Positions 1-14,269 of a stretch of DNA of 64,000 nucleotides are shown here, one piece after another (the first letter of the stretch is position 1; every line of letters begins with the position of its first letter). Position numbers and translations under genes: made by a program. Source of the DNA: Octopus vulgaris (Eukaryota); NCBI GenBank assembly GCA_951406725.2, contig OX597830.1, positions 74,152,001 to 74,216,000 on the forward strand, given 5' to 3'. The notes beneath the pieces are model-generated. The model saw only the letters and a list, made by a program, of their open reading frames with translations, was not told the DNA's origin and searched no databases.

Positions 1-520
1 GTTCTGAGTTCAAATTCCGCCAAGGTCGACTTTGACTTTCATCCTTTCGGGATCGAAAAATTAAGTACCAGTTACGCACTGGGGTTGATGGAATCGACTT
101 AATCCGTTTGTCTGTCATTGTTTGTCCCCTCTATATTTAGCTCCTTGTGGGTAATAAAAATCAGGTATTTCGTCTGCCGCTGTGTTCTGAGTTTATATTC
201 CGTAGAGATCGACTTTGACTTTCATCCTTTCGGCGTCGATAAATTAAGTACCAGTTGCGTATTGGGGTCGATCTAATCGACTGTGTCCCTCCCCGAAAAT
301 TTCGGGCCTTGTGCCTAGAATAGAAAAGAATCGTTTGCACGCTAAGCAAATACTTAGCAGCATTTCATTCGGCTTCACGTTCTGAGTTCAAATTCCACCG
401 AAGTCGACTTTACATTTTATCCTTTCGGGGACAATGAAATAAGCACCAGTTGAGTCATGAGGTCGATATATTTGATTTAGTCCCTGCCGCCGAAATTGCT
501 GGCCTCGTACCAAAATTTCA
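1..520 (+). mobile_element. Tandem fragments of tRNA-derived SINE family B (Meta-domain-like core)
   Basis: Three successive copies of GTTCTGAGTTCAAATTCCGCCGAGGTCGACTTTG.CTTTCATCCTTTCGGGGTCGATAAATTAAGTACCAG, matching the complete copy at 3929-4158. Confidence 0.85.
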
Positions 521-1163
521 TATCATTATTACATTATCCTATACCTCTATACAACTTTGATGGGAGGGAAGATGCTGATTTGAAGCAATTTTGAGATACG
601 TTTGCTGATGTTTGTCATAATGTTTGTGGTTGCTAAAGTTCCCAGCTCAGTACTGATTCATTAAAATAGACGTTCCAACCACGACAATCGGGTCGTTGTT
701 TTTATCTTGGCCTACTTTGCTCGGTGCGAGGCTTTCATGTGATGAAATATGTCTGCCATTTCCAACATATCGATCGGCCCTTCACTGTTCGGGTTTTTTA
801 GTGCTAATAGTGAGGTTGGTGGAGGGCATCACATGGAATCGTTTCTTCCCCATTTCCAATCCACTCATCAATCTCTATTGATAAAGGAATAAAAACGACA
901 ATGAGGTTAATTACTTAGACACCCCGTCCTTATAGAAAAAAAAACAACAATATTTGAATTAGCATTATTTATCTAATGCATATTTAGTATACACATATAC
1001 ATGTGTGTGTGTATGTATGTCTATGTGAGTGTGTGTGTGTGTGTGTAAAGAGAATGGAGTGAACTTGTCCTTTTGTTACTTTGATTTACAATTGTTTCAT
1101 CTGATTTCGATCTCAAATAACCTGGATCCGTGAGTATACTACAGGATTAAAATCCGAATGAAT

Positions 1164-1196
1164 TTATTATTATCATCATCATCATCATCATCATCA

Positions 1197-1264
<68 letters not shown>

Positions 1265-1327
1265 GTATATGTATAAATGTATATATATATATACATATAT
1301 ATACATACATATATATATGCATGTATA

Positions 1328-1376
<49 letters not shown>

Positions 1377-1406
1377 TATATATATATATAATATATATAT
1401 ACATAT

Positions 1407-1501
<95 letters not shown>
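1164..1501. repeat. Compound (CAT)n/(TAT)n/(TA)n microsatellite
   Basis: Directly visible; produces spurious YIYI/poly-L ORFs. Confidence 0.97.
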
Positions 1502-1504
<3 letters not shown>

Positions 1505-1762
1505 GCAGAGATTACATAGTGACCTAAGGTTCAAGAATTTCGTGCGTTAGCATTGTTTGTCCTGTACTCTGTTTTATCGTTGTTAAAAAAAAGTCCGTTT
1601 CCTTGTTTGATTTTGTCTTCGTTTCTCGTTCTACGTTTATTTGTGGTGTCCTGTACTCATATATATATATATATATATGCTTGTATATATACATGTAGAT
1701 GTAAGTATGTACATATATGTATGAATATATGCATATATTTTATTTATTTATTATATTGTTAT

Positions 1763-1826
<64 letters not shown>

Positions 1827-2943
1827 GATGAGTGCACTGTAAGATGTAAGATTGCGACTTGTGAAGCTAAATCATTGAAATGGCTACAATGGCCTGACAA
1901 GTCCTCGGAATAAGTGGTGTAACCTGCGTCATGTGTTTGTCATAATTTCCCATATACATATATATGTGTTTCTGTGTTTTCTGTGTGTGTGTATGTGTGT
2001 ATATGTGTGCGAAGAAAGAAAATGTGTGTGTGAGTGAGTGAGATAGAGATCGAGTGAGATGCATGCGTTTGTATTCGTTGTGGCCGTTTTAAAGTATGTT
2101 GTGATGTATGCCAATTGAAAATAATGTTTGTTGAGTGGAAGGGAAACGTGTTGGAGGTAGTGAACTATTTGTTCCTCTATCACACAACACAAACAGCAAA
2201 AAGCGTAACGTAAACCTTTTTCTCCGCAATGTCTCGCCCAAGCGTCTTTGTTTTCATAAAACGCGCTCATCTTTGAAACAAGTTGGTGCCGCCCATTCTC
2301 AAATAGGAAAACGAATAAAATATATATATATACATATATATAATACGTTTAAAAAAATCCATAGTAAGGTAACAAACACAGCATAAACAATATCAAACAA
2401 GATGAAAACTAAAAGGGAAAAATGGTTGAAAGTTGGAAAGCTAAGACGACACAAAGAATAACCATTGAATTGTAAAAGTTTGTATTTTCCTTACGGTATG
2501 TCATCATCTGAACGTTGTTATGTCCCCTTTGAGCAATTTTAATAAGGAATCAGTGAAGTGTCAAGAATTCGAGCAAAATGTCATTATTCATGATGAATCG
2601 CTAAAGAACATGTCACTATTCTTAAATAAAACAACGTTGTTATTCAATCTGTTATACATTGTTTTATATTTTCTTTTCTCTCGCTTTTAGAAGAGGAACT
2701 AAGAGAACTGTACGCCTTTCACTGTTTACCCTTTACTTATATACTCTGTCATTGGCCAACGACCATGCTGGGGGCACCGCCCTGATAGAGTTTTAAGGTA
2801 GAGCAGTATTTTATCTTTAAGTCTGTATTTATTCTATCGGTTTTTTTTTCATTTACCGAATTGCTAATTTCCGGAGACGTAAATAAACTAACAACGGTTG
2901 CCAAATAGTGAGGAACAAATATGCATACAAAGACACACACACA

Positions 2944-3051
<108 letters not shown>

Positions 3052-3114
3052 ACGGATTTGTGCCCATTTTCCGTCTACCAGACTTACTCACATACATACA
3101 TACATAAATACATA

Positions 3115-3203
<89 letters not shown>

Positions 3204-3928
3204 ATATATGTATAAATATATATATATGCATGTATATGATTGTGTATTTGTGTTTGTTTCCCCACCACCGCTTGATAACCGATGCTGGTGTGTTTACGTC
3301 CCCGTAACATAGCGGTTCAGCAAAAACGACCGATAGAATAAGTGCTAGGCATACAAAGAATAATTCCTGGAGTCGATTCGTTCGACTAAAGGCGGTGCTC
3401 CAACATGGCCGTAGTCAAATGACAGAAACAAATAAAAGAATAAGATAATACAACACACACACACACATATATATATATACACACAGGTACATACATACAA
3501 TGGGCTTCTTTCAGCTTTCATCTACCAAATCCGCTTATAATTCTTTCATCAGTCAAGAAATACAATAGAACACACGTCCTTAAGGTGCCACGTAACTGGA
3601 TTGAACCCGAAATCATTTGAGAGAGAAGCAATTTTCTTACCACATAGGCGTGTTTGCGCCTATTTCTCCGTGAACTAATTTTAATTAGATCCATTTCTAT
3701 ATTTGGAATGACTAAATAGATTGGCGGAGAGGGAAATGATTGTGTGCTGTGAATATTTGCAGCTGATCGAAATCCACCAAACGCATTCTGCGACAATATG
3801 ACGCTATCAAACCAGGCAGCCGTTTTAGGTCTGCCGTTGAAAATAACGGAAACCCAGTCTCTGGTACAAATGATTTAATTAGCATAAAATCAACTCCAAA
3901 AACTTCTAATGAGGTAGTGCTGTTACAA

Positions 3929-4158
3929 GGCGGCGAGCTGGCAGTAGCGTTTGCACGCCGGGCGAAATGCGTAGCCGTATTTCGTCTGCCGTTACGTTCT
4001 GAGTTCAAATTCCGCCGAGGTCGACTTTGCCTTTCATCCTTTCGGGGTCGATTAATTAAGTACCAGTTACGTACTGGGGTCGATGCAATCGACTTAATCC
4101 GTTTGTCTGTCCTTGTTCGTCCCCTCTGTGTTTGGCCCTTTGTGGGTAGTAAAGAAAT
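3929..4158 (+). mobile_element. Full-length SINE family B with 17-bp target-site duplication
   Basis: Starts GGCGGCGAGCTGGCAG, B box GTTCAAATTCC, core GTCGACTTTGCCTTTCATCCTTTCGGGGTCG; flanks AGGTAGTGCTGTTACAA (3912-3928) and AGGTAGTGGTGTTACAA (4159-4175). Confidence 0.9.
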
Positions 4159-5459
4159 AGGTAGTGGTGTTACAACGTGTGACATGATATGATATTGTTT
4201 CTATCTTGGCTTGATTGAGACACTTGGCCTTTTGCTACGTATTCTTCAAGTTATCGGAAGTCCCTAAAAGCGGTGATTTCGTAATGAATCATTAGAGCGT
4301 TGGATATTGCTGTATTAATGTCCCTCAATGTCCTGAGCTGTAATCACGCTGAAGTTTATTTCTTCTTTGGTCCCTTCGGAGTGCTAAAATATTTCATCCC
4401 CCTACTTTCTATCTCTTACTCTCTCCTCTATTTCTCTTTGTCTTTCTCAAACTCATTTACGCAAACGGAAGATCATTTACTTCGTAGCTCCACTTACGCC
4501 TTCCCTAACACTATGTGCTCTTATCAAGGAAGAGTGGTTTTAAAATTTGGAACGATGCCAGCGATTCGAGGAGATGGATAAATCTATTACATCGATCCCA
4601 GTGCGCAAATGGCGCTTGTTTTATCGACCTCGAAACCTCGAGAAAACGAAATGCAAAGTCTAGCTCGGAGGAATTTGAAGTTAAAACATAAGCCACTCTA
4701 TCCAACGCGCTAACGATTTTGCCAGCTCACCGCCTTCTTGTGAAGAAAGACTGAACAGGTAAATACTTGGTTTGCCACTTAACATTTCGCAACGACTATT
4801 TTAGTCACCGGAAATCGCAAAAACTGATTCCAAGAAAATGCTTAAGCTTTTACAATGCTATGTGCTATAAACATCTTTGTGTGTCACAGTTTAATAGATA
4901 CAATTATTTTGATATTTTAATAGTAACAGTTATTTCAAATTCCGCCGAGTTCGACTTAGTCTTCCATCCTTTCGTGTACGATGTAATCAACGAACCTCTC
5001 TCCTCAAAATCGCCGGCCTTGTGTCAAAATAAGGAAGGAAAATAATATCAGCTTCTTTCAGTTTTCGTCTCCCAAATCCACTTACAAGGTTTTAGTCGGC
5101 CTGAGGCAATAGCAGAAGAGACTTGCCCAGTGGGACTGAACCCGGGACCATATGATTGGGAAGCAAGCTTCTTACCACACAACCAGCCAGGCTTGCACGC
5201 AGAATCTGTCTATCAAATTCAGTTACAAGTCATTGATTAGTCATGGATTGTAGTATAAGACACAAGACACTTATCACAGCTTTAGGTACGTTGTTGCAAA
5301 GTGAATTTCTTAACCTCAAAGCCATAACGATGATTTTATTTTCTAAAGTGTCATTTATTCCACTTAGGGACCCTGTTTTTCGACATTAAAGTGCTACAAG
5401 TCCTTAATGTCTTATAGAGACATTTCGCTCGTTTGAGCAATGTCTGGCATGAAATGTAT

Positions 5460-6000
5460 TTCAAATACCATACAACATAAATTCTTGATTTATTAAAATT
5501 ATATCTTCCTCGAGAGGACGTATCATAATTACCAAATGGCAATTAAAACGAGTTCCACTTGAGAAGGGCAGATAAACGCAAGAGTCAAGAATTTCTCGAA
5601 AATTCACTTGCCTCAAAGGACGAGGAACAGGCTTATTGTTTGGAGATAAGAGAGCAGTGGTAGGCACGTGTTTTGGGCTCAATAACCGTCATTAGCCCAA
5701 TTATCCAACCTTGTCTTCATTAGCCGGGAGACTTGAGCATGTACTAAAAAGTGTGGAACACATTTATGGCCTACGCAATTTGCATAATATAAAAGAAACT
5801 AAGCTAAGGGACGTAACTGAGGGTGAAATAGTAAACCACTCCTTTTCCTTAGTGACATGTCAATTTTGGAGAGTTCTTGAGCTATGAGATTATCTCCCCT
5901 TCCCAAGTAGATCTGGTCTTAATTGTCATTTGACAATTATGATGCAGCCTCTAGAGGAGGGGATAATTTTAATTAGTGAAAAATTTATGTCGTATTTGAT
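5460..6000. mobile_element. Old MITE/fold-back element with ~175-bp diverged inverted arms
   Basis: Left arm 5460-5640 (..ATTAAAATTATATCTTCCTCGAGAGG..ATCATAATT..) aligns to the reverse complement of 5825-6000. Confidence 0.7.
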
Positions 6001-6558
6001 ATGCCTGCATTTGTCTATGCTGTTCAGATACGTGCCCATTGACCATTCTGAGTAATTTTTCTTAACATATTTTTCTTTAAATTTAGCAATGAAGCTGCAC
6101 AAGAAATAGCAAATATAATTTCTTAGTATAACCTGAAGGAGAAGAAAACTGAAATATTTTGTAATAAGGTTTCACTTGTTTCTTTTGAAGTAAAGGAAAT
6201 GAAGCTAGCTTTGACGAATCAACTGTTAATAGCAGCAAAAGACAATTATATTTAAGTAACTTTCATGCGTGTCATTCAAATAATTTGCTATTTTAAACTA
6301 AATTTTATGCTGAAGTGATATTCAAGAATACATTGAAATTAAACATAGATTTGTTACGAGCTAATAACTTGTTTCTAAAAGAAATACAAACCGAAGCTCT
6401 CGTTTATAACATTCTACTGTTTTAAGCAAGGAAATACATATTTTAATAAGATTATTTTCTCCTGGATATTAAATACGATGCTTCATCAGTATATTTAGAA
6501 GTAAAGTCAATTTTGTATGGAGTGTGTGCTTATGTGTTTTGTGTGTGTGTATGTGTGT

Positions 6559-6596
<38 letters not shown>

Positions 6597-7071
6597 GCGC
6601 GTTCATGAATGTTGTGAATCGCTTTCTTCCAGGTTCGTACTGATCCTGCAACTCTGTATTCAGGTATGTGAAGGTACCTTGGCTTAGTAATAAGACTATT
6701 CAGTTCACAATCGTAAATTTACACATCCAATTTCTTGACAGGGTGACGCGTTATATCTTTAGGCAAAACATTTCCTTTTTATTTCACATTGTTCCATTGT
6801 ACTCAGCTACAAATGAGCACGAGCCGGTATGGCCCAGTTATTTCTTGCCCCCTAGCTGTCACACCCTACTTGTGTCGTTGCATCAGAAGCGAGAGGATAG
6901 AGTGGGAGTCTGTATCCGTTCCTGACTACACAAATACAACAGTTAGTGAAGATATGCTACTCGCTCGAGAGTGACGGCTTTCTATATATTGTGCTGTGTT
7001 TTGTATAATAATATAGTCCTGTGCGTCACCCGTACTGTTGGTCAGTCATTATGCATATATCTAAGACTACA

Positions 7072-7487
7072 TTACTCTTTACTCTTTACTCTTTTACTTG
7101 TTTCAGTTTTGTGACTGTGGCCATGCTGTTGCACCGCCTTTCGTCGAGCAAATCGACTCCAGGACTTATTCTTTGTAAGCCTAGTACTTATACTATCGGT
7201 CCCTTTTGCCGAACCACTACGTTACGGGGACGTAAACACACCAGCATCGGTTGTCAAGCGATGTTGGGGAGACAAACACAGACACACAAACATATACACA
7301 CACACACATATATATACATATATACGATGGGCTTCTTTCAGTTTCCATCTACTAAATTCACTCACAAGGCTTTGGTCGGCCCGAGGCTATATTAGAAGAC
7401 ACTTACCCAAGGAGCCACGCAGTGGGACTGAACCCGGAACCATGCGGTTTGTAAGCAAGTTACTTACCACACAGCCACTCCTACGCC
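7072..7487 (-). mobile_element. Full-length tRNA-derived SINE family A
   Basis: Minus strand GGCGTAGGAGTGGCTGTGTGGTAAG..GGTTCAGTCCC head, internal CA/TA tract, tail GGCGGTGC..GCATGGCCACAGTCA..ACTGAAACAAGTAAAAGAG(TAAAGAG)n. Confidence 0.9.
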
Positions 7488-7661
7488 TTTATTATTTTTT
7501 ATATAAAAAGTTAGTGTGATTTGAAAAGATTTGGTTACTATATCTAGCAGAATCAGACACCCATGCAGAATATCCCTTGTTCTTTTGCATGGTACTTTTT
7601 CTCACGTCCCAGGACTCATAAGGCCGGTTATCCCTTTTCAATGAAACGTAACTGACCGAGG

Positions 7662-7890
7662 TGGAGGTGCGTGGCCTAGTGATTCGGGTGTTGGAATCAT
7701 GATCGCAAGATCGTGGTTTCGAATCCTGGACCGTATGCGATGTGTTCTTGAACAAAACACTTCATTTCACATTGCTCCAGTCCGCTCATCTAACAAAAAT
7801 GAGTAATCCTGCGACGGACTGGCGTCCCATCCAGGTGGAGAATTTATCCGCCGTGGAAACCAGGAAATCGGCCCTTATGAATCAGGATGT
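7662..7890 (+). mobile_element. tRNA-derived SINE with V-domain-like core
   Basis: A box GTGGCCTAGTG, B box GTTTCGAATCC, CCTGCGACGGACTGGCGTCCCATCCAGG core resembling the V-SINE domain; related minus copies at ~29280-29520 and ~35415-35631. Confidence 0.7.
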
Positions 7891-8668
7891 AACTTTTAAT
7901 TGACCGAGATGACAATAATACCCATGAAATGGACACTGGACACGGAATTACAAAGCCAAATATTTTGAGGGTACAAGGAGGTCGATTACGTCGACCCCTT
8001 TATTTCAGTGACCTCGAAGGCACGAAAGGCAAAGTTAACTTCGCAAGATTTAAACTCAGAAAATAAAGAGCCGGAAGAAATACTGTTGGGTATTTTGTCC
8101 GACATGCTAACGATTTTACGAGTTCGTAGCATTTGTACTAATATTTAAGCAGATGGTAATCCATTCGTGGCGGCACACTAGGAAAGATCTTGTTTCTGAA
8201 AGAGCCAAACGCAAACCGATATGATATCTTTTCATTGCGTTTAGCTTAACGATATAAGCTTTTATTACAGAGATACTGGATACGGAAATGAAGTCTCTGC
8301 TAGATCAGATTTTATTAATGACAAATTTAAAGAATTCAAGACGTCTTTAGACAAAATTTTCAACTAAATTTTTGGTAAAACCATGGAACCATATCATGTC
8401 TAATTGAAGTTACATACAAGTGGACAAAGTGGGGTTTCAATTATGACACATAGCGTTGGCCCCTAATTTCGAGATCTGCTAACTGATAGCATGGATGTGC
8501 GGTTAAGGGATTCGCTTCTGTAGTACATGTTTTAAGGTTCTAACACACTACGCGGATCCTCGGAAGAGTCTTCTACTAGATTCTCGGGCTGACCCTTGGA
8601 TTAAGTTTACGGAGCCTGCATGGAAGCCAGTAGTCGTATACATGTGTATATGCATGTGTATGTGCGTG

Positions 8669-8709
<41 letters not shown>

Positions 8710-8921
8710 TTGTATGTGTGTCTGTATTTGTCCCTCCACCAACGCTTGACAACCGATGTTGGTGTGTTTATGACTCTGTAACTTAGCGGTTCGGCCAAAG
8801 AGTCCGGATAGAATAAGTACCAGGCTTACAACGAATAAGTCCAGGGGCTGATTTGCTCGACTAATGGCGGTGCACCAGTATCGCCACAGTTAAATGACTG
8901 AAATAAGTAAAAGAGTAAAGA

Positions 8922-8960
<39 letters not shown>

Positions 8961-8961
<1 letters not shown>

Positions 8962-9335
8962 TTTATTTAAAAGCAGCAGAAGTATAACAAACGCTGTTAC
9001 TAAGAGTTTCACGTTCCCGACGAACAGGAACGGGAAACTCTGAGTAACAGCTTTTGTTATATTTCTGCTGTTTTTAAATAAAGCATATTACTCTAGTTCT
9101 CGTATTTGTGTCCTCTTTTTTCCACCTTGTTTAATATCTATGTGCTTAGATCGTTAGCTCCTACACGCATTTTTTTCTCTCCTTGTTTTTTTCTGTGTAT
9201 CTTTCTGTCGAAGAGCGTAGGCTCGAAACGTAAAAGACTTTTTTCTATTTCTATTCTTGAGCGCTATACTAATACATTTGTTTGTTTGTGCACCATCTGC
9301 CTCCGTCTTTTGTTTATTTTCTTAAACTTTCTCTT
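8961..9335 (+). mobile_element. Penelope-like pLTR fold-back remnant(s) with two hammerhead-like motifs
   Basis: Inverted arms 8961-9018 / 9025-9082, same family as 46009-46217; 3' part matches the family at 35845-36035; lies in (TA)n. Confidence 0.7.
9200..9237 (+). ncRNA. Hammerhead-ribozyme-like motif (type I, atypical core CTGTCGA)
   Basis: TCTTT-CTGTCGA-A-GAGC gtag GCTC-GAAAC-GTA-AAAGA: stem I 5 bp, stem II 4 bp, palindromic ACGT stem III; A6 replaced by U. Confidence 0.6.
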
Positions 9336-9349
9336 TATATATATATATA

Positions 9350-9767
9350 GGCGTAGGAGTGGCTGTGTGGTAAGTAGCTTGCTTACGAACCACATGGTTC
9401 CGGGTTCAGTCCCACTGCGTGGCACCTTGGGCAAGTGTCTTCTACTATAGCCTCGGGCCGACCAAAGCCCTGTGAGTGGATTTGGTAGACGGAAACTGAA
9501 AGAAGCCCGTCGTATATATGTATATATATGTGTGTGTATGTTTGTGTGTTGTGTTTGCCCCCCCCCAACATCTCTTGACAACCGATGCTGGTGTGTTTAC
9601 GTCTCCGTAACTTAGCGGTTCGGAAAAATAGACCGATAGAATAAGTACTAGGCTTACAAAGAATAAGTCCTGGGGTTGATTTCCTCGACTAAAGGCGGTG
9701 CTCCAGCATGGCCACAGTCAAATGACTGAAACAAGTAAATGAGTAAATGAGTAAATGAGTAAATGAG

Positions 9768-9770
<3 letters not shown>
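9350..9770 (+). mobile_element. Full-length SINE family A
   Basis: GGCGTAGGAGTGGCTGTGTGG head through GGCGGTGCTCCAGCATGGCCACAGTCAAATGACTGAAAC tail and (GAGTAAAT)n. Confidence 0.9.
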
Positions 9771-9816
<46 letters not shown>

Positions 9817-10100
9817 GTGTGTATGCATATCTGAGAACGTGCGTGTGTCTGCGTGTTTATAAATATGTCCAGGGTTTTAAGACCCCGTACGTATTTTGTC
9901 ATCGGTGATGAATGAGAGACGGGTTTAAGCATCGAAAGGGGAGGCAACCGATACGGAACGTTATGCTACGATGTACTTATGTTAACATATCGATTTTATC
10001 TTATCATCGAATGTCCGTATACAAAAATACACATAACATGAAAAACATAGCCGTGCGCATATCTTTTACATATACACATATATACACGCTGATACATAAC

Positions 10101-10148
<48 letters not shown>

Positions 10149-10165
10149 GTCTATCTGTCTATCTG

Positions 10166-10203
<38 letters not shown>

Positions 10204-10222
10204 ATCCATCTATCTATCTATC

Positions 10223-10470
10223 TCTGTTTCCCCCTTTACACTTTACATCTTGACATTTCTGTGTTACACGATCCCTATTGATCGTTCTTTTCCTTCTTTT
10301 TTACGATCCCTTTTAATCGAAAACCTACCCCCTTTTTATTTATTTTTCTCCCTAAAAAGGAAAAACTCTACGTTGCAATTTGTCTACTTTGTCCCCTCTG
10401 TATTCCCTCTGTTTTAATTTGCCTATTTTGTCCCCTCTGTATTCAGCCCTGTGTGGCTAATAAAGAGACA
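10223..10470 (+). mobile_element. 3' UTR fragment of Tx1/L1-like LINE embedded in (TATC)n
   Basis: Homologous to 36560-36794 (..ACGATCCCTATTGATC..CAGCCCTGTGTGGCTAATAAAGA); (TATC)n on both sides. Confidence 0.75.
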
Positions 10471-10471
10471 A

Positions 10472-10554
<83 letters not shown>

Positions 10555-11303
10555 ACGTGTATGAATATCCACGTGCTTTTATGTGTATGCGTCTTGTGAT
10601 TATAGATAACTGTTTGTCTATCTATCTCCGTATATGTGTAAGCATTTTTATGAATGCCATCAGTTATTGAAAGGAAAGATTTTATCAGTACCATCTCCCA
10701 CATTACTTGATTGATTCTTTATTTTATCGATCCCTAAAGGATGAAAGGCAATGATGTCTTTAGTGAGATCTGAACACAGAATATAAAGAACTAGCTGAAC
10801 TATGAAAATAAACCGATTCTAATTTAGACACAAAACCATCAATTTTTTGAGGGGAAGAAATTAGTCGATACTATTGACTCTAGAACGTAGGTTGTACTTT
10901 TTTTTTTATCGAACTCAAACGATGATGATAATTTAATCCCCACTCCCTTAACTTCCTAACGTCCCCTGCAAGTAGCGTCACCCTGTTATCCTTCTTTCCA
11001 CACAAATGATAATAGGTAAAGTTGACTTTAGCTAGATTTGAACCCGGAAATTAAAGAGCCAGAAAATATACTGCATGGTATTCTCTCTGATACTACAAAT
11101 ATTCTGTCAACACAGAATAAATAAAATCTTTCTACTATAAGTATAAGGCCTGAAGTTTTTGTGGGTATAAGACAGTCGATTATATCGACCATCTGTTCAA
11201 ATGGTACTTATTTAATCGACCCAAGGGGCAGAATTTGAACCCAGAAAAAAATAAACAAATTAATTAATTAATGTATAAAAAAAGACAGTAATAAACAAAT
11301 AAA

Positions 11304-11696
11304 TCTTTATATAAAAGTGAGGTTGTGTGCTGTCTGCCTCCTACGATTTGGACTCCTAACTACTCCCACATTTTGCGGTGCAGTTTAACCAAAACCGGGT
11401 ATCTTATAGTCGTGATTCATATCGAGCCCTTCTGGGTATTAGCGCGCGTCTACGATGAGTCAACGATTTAAAAAAAAAATTACCATCAATTTTTCCCATT
11501 TTTAATGCATTTTGGGCATATATAAGGGAAGTAACTCTCTAAAAATTTATTATTAAATCCCAGAATGTAAAAAGTTACAGTAACACCCCCCTTTGTGGTT
11601 AGCCATATTGAGATGGCTATTATACTTTACATCTCTAAAAATGCTTATATAGTTATTTCCCTTACAAACCCGAGCAACGCCGGGCGATACTGCTAG
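11304..11696 (+). mobile_element. Non-autonomous Helitron
   Basis: A|TC 5' end (TCTTTATATAAAAG), GC hairpin CCCGAGCAACGCCGGG at 11669-11684, 3' CTAG|T, no TSD: canonical Helitron hallmarks. Confidence 0.85.
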
Positions 11697-12372
11697 TACT
11701 TTATAAAGCGCAAAATGAGTTAGAATAAAGAAATTGAGGTGTCAGCTTTTTAACAAAAATAAAGGTTATCAAAATATAATAATGGCACAAAATGGGAAGC
11801 CATCAATGTTTACAATATACCTTACTACAAATTTCATACTTGATGACTTAATATATATACGACAGAATTCTTTTAGTTCCCATCTGCCAAATCCACTCAC
11901 AAGGCTTTGGTCAGCCCGAGGCTATAGTAGAAGCCACTTGCGCCCAAGGTGTCACGTAGTGGGACTGAACCCGGAACCATGTGATTGGAAAGCAAGCTTC
12001 TCACCATACAGCCCCTCCTGTACCTATATATATATGTATGTATGTGTGTGTGTGTTGGTATGTGCTTCATCGTATCGACCAGGCTATCGCTTGTCACAAT
12101 ACGCTTCATCACATTCTTATAGGTTTCGATTGGAGCCACTTCACTGGTTAGGCTGTCGATCCCCTGAACGAGTCAGCAATCACTGAGTTATCTATTTACA
12201 GCTGAGTGGACTGCAAATAAATGAACTGGAACGGTTTGTCCTGGGACACAACGGATCACCACTCTGGGAATTGCGATCATGTGTATATATATATATAAAC
12301 ATATGTGTGTGTGTGTGTGTGTGTGTACGACAGGGTGCTGGAAAAACAATGGTTATGTTATGAACTTCATTG

Positions 12373-12451
12373 GCTTACAACTGTTTCGGCTATGAGATGC
12401 AGGGGACGCTAAACTGAATGCGTGAATAACGTTCTATAGCTTCATCGGAAC
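12373..12451 (-). ncRNA. Hammerhead-ribozyme-like motif with extended stem II
   Basis: Minus: GTT-CCGATGA-A-GCTAT...ATAGC-C-GAAAC AGTT GTA-AGC; U4C core, near-palindromic stem III, GUA site. Confidence 0.6.
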
Positions 12452-12603
12452 TTCGAATATAAAAGTGCAAATTATTTGGGGAAAAAAGGAATTACATTTT
12501 TGCAATATATAGGGAAGGAATTACCAAAGCATTTCTCACTGGTAGTGCCTTCCCTATATATTGCAAACTTGTAATTCCTTTTCCCTAAATAAATTGTACT
12601 TCA

Positions 12604-13107
<504 letters not shown>

Positions 13108-13234
13108 TTATGAAGCTATAGAATGGCATTTAGGCACTCAACTAAAAGTTCCCTGCAAACTTATAGCAGAATAAGCTGTAAGCTTATGAAATTCATAGTA
13201 TAACAATTACCTTTTCTCTTTTCCGTATTACTAC

Positions 13235-13740
13235 TCTGTATTCAAGCCTCTTCTCCTTATCTCCTCAAAGACATACATCATATCGAAAGAGTCCAGAAGC
13301 TGGCTACCCGCATGGTTCTTGGTCTCAAGCATTTGTCTTATGAAGAAAGGCTGAAGACGCTCGACCTTTATTCTCTAGAAAAACGACGACGCCGTGGTGA
13401 TCTCATTCTTGCACACAACATCATAAGCGGAAAGTGTAACCTCCCGAAAGAGCTGTTCTTCACTCCTGCTCCAGAGCGTCGGCTGCGGGGTCACTCTGAA
13501 AAGCTGTATATGCGACGATTTCATCTCAATCGAAGGAGAGGGGCTTTCTCCGTCCGGGTTGCGGATCCGTGGAATAAACTGCCGGACCGCTCGGTTCAAA
13601 GTCTCTCTTGACCAAAAATGGCCTGAACTCTTTGCATGAAGACTCTCCCTGTACACAACTCAATGTCACCCTACGTGGCCTTGCTTTTGCTTTTTGAGCC
13701 CAAAATTAACTTAACTTAACTTAACTTAACTTCATCTAAC
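13235..13740 (+). mobile_element. 5'-truncated CR1-clade LINE 3' end
   Basis: Translates SPYLLKDIHHIERVQKLATRMVLGLKHLSYEERLKTLDLYSLEKRRRRGDLI...LRGH...FSVRVADPWNKLP, typical of the CR1 ORF2 C-terminus; (TTAAC)n tail at ~13706-13730. Confidence 0.9.
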
Positions 13741-13812
13741 ACTTTGCCTTGAAGCATACATAGATTGAGTTTTGCACCCGGTTCTTAGTCTCTCTCTGTA
13801 TATATATATGTA

Positions 13813-13888
<76 letters not shown>

Positions 13889-14201
13889 CATATACATGTT
13901 TATATACATGCATATATACACGCAGATATATATATATATATATATGCGCAGACGTACGCACGTCTGATTGCGTATATATAATCTCACGGGATTTAATCTC
14001 TTAATCTGAAAAACATTTTGGCAGATGTTCTCAAGACTCTGCTAGTGCATATCTAATCTTTATCTGAGCAAACTGCAGGAGTCACTTTACAGGTGCTTGT
14101 TAATATAACAATTACTCTTAAAAAAATCTTCAAAAAGTTACACTTAAAAGTTACCTATATACAGTACACACACACACATACATAAACACGGGGACACATA
14201 C

Positions 14202-14269
<68 letters not shown>

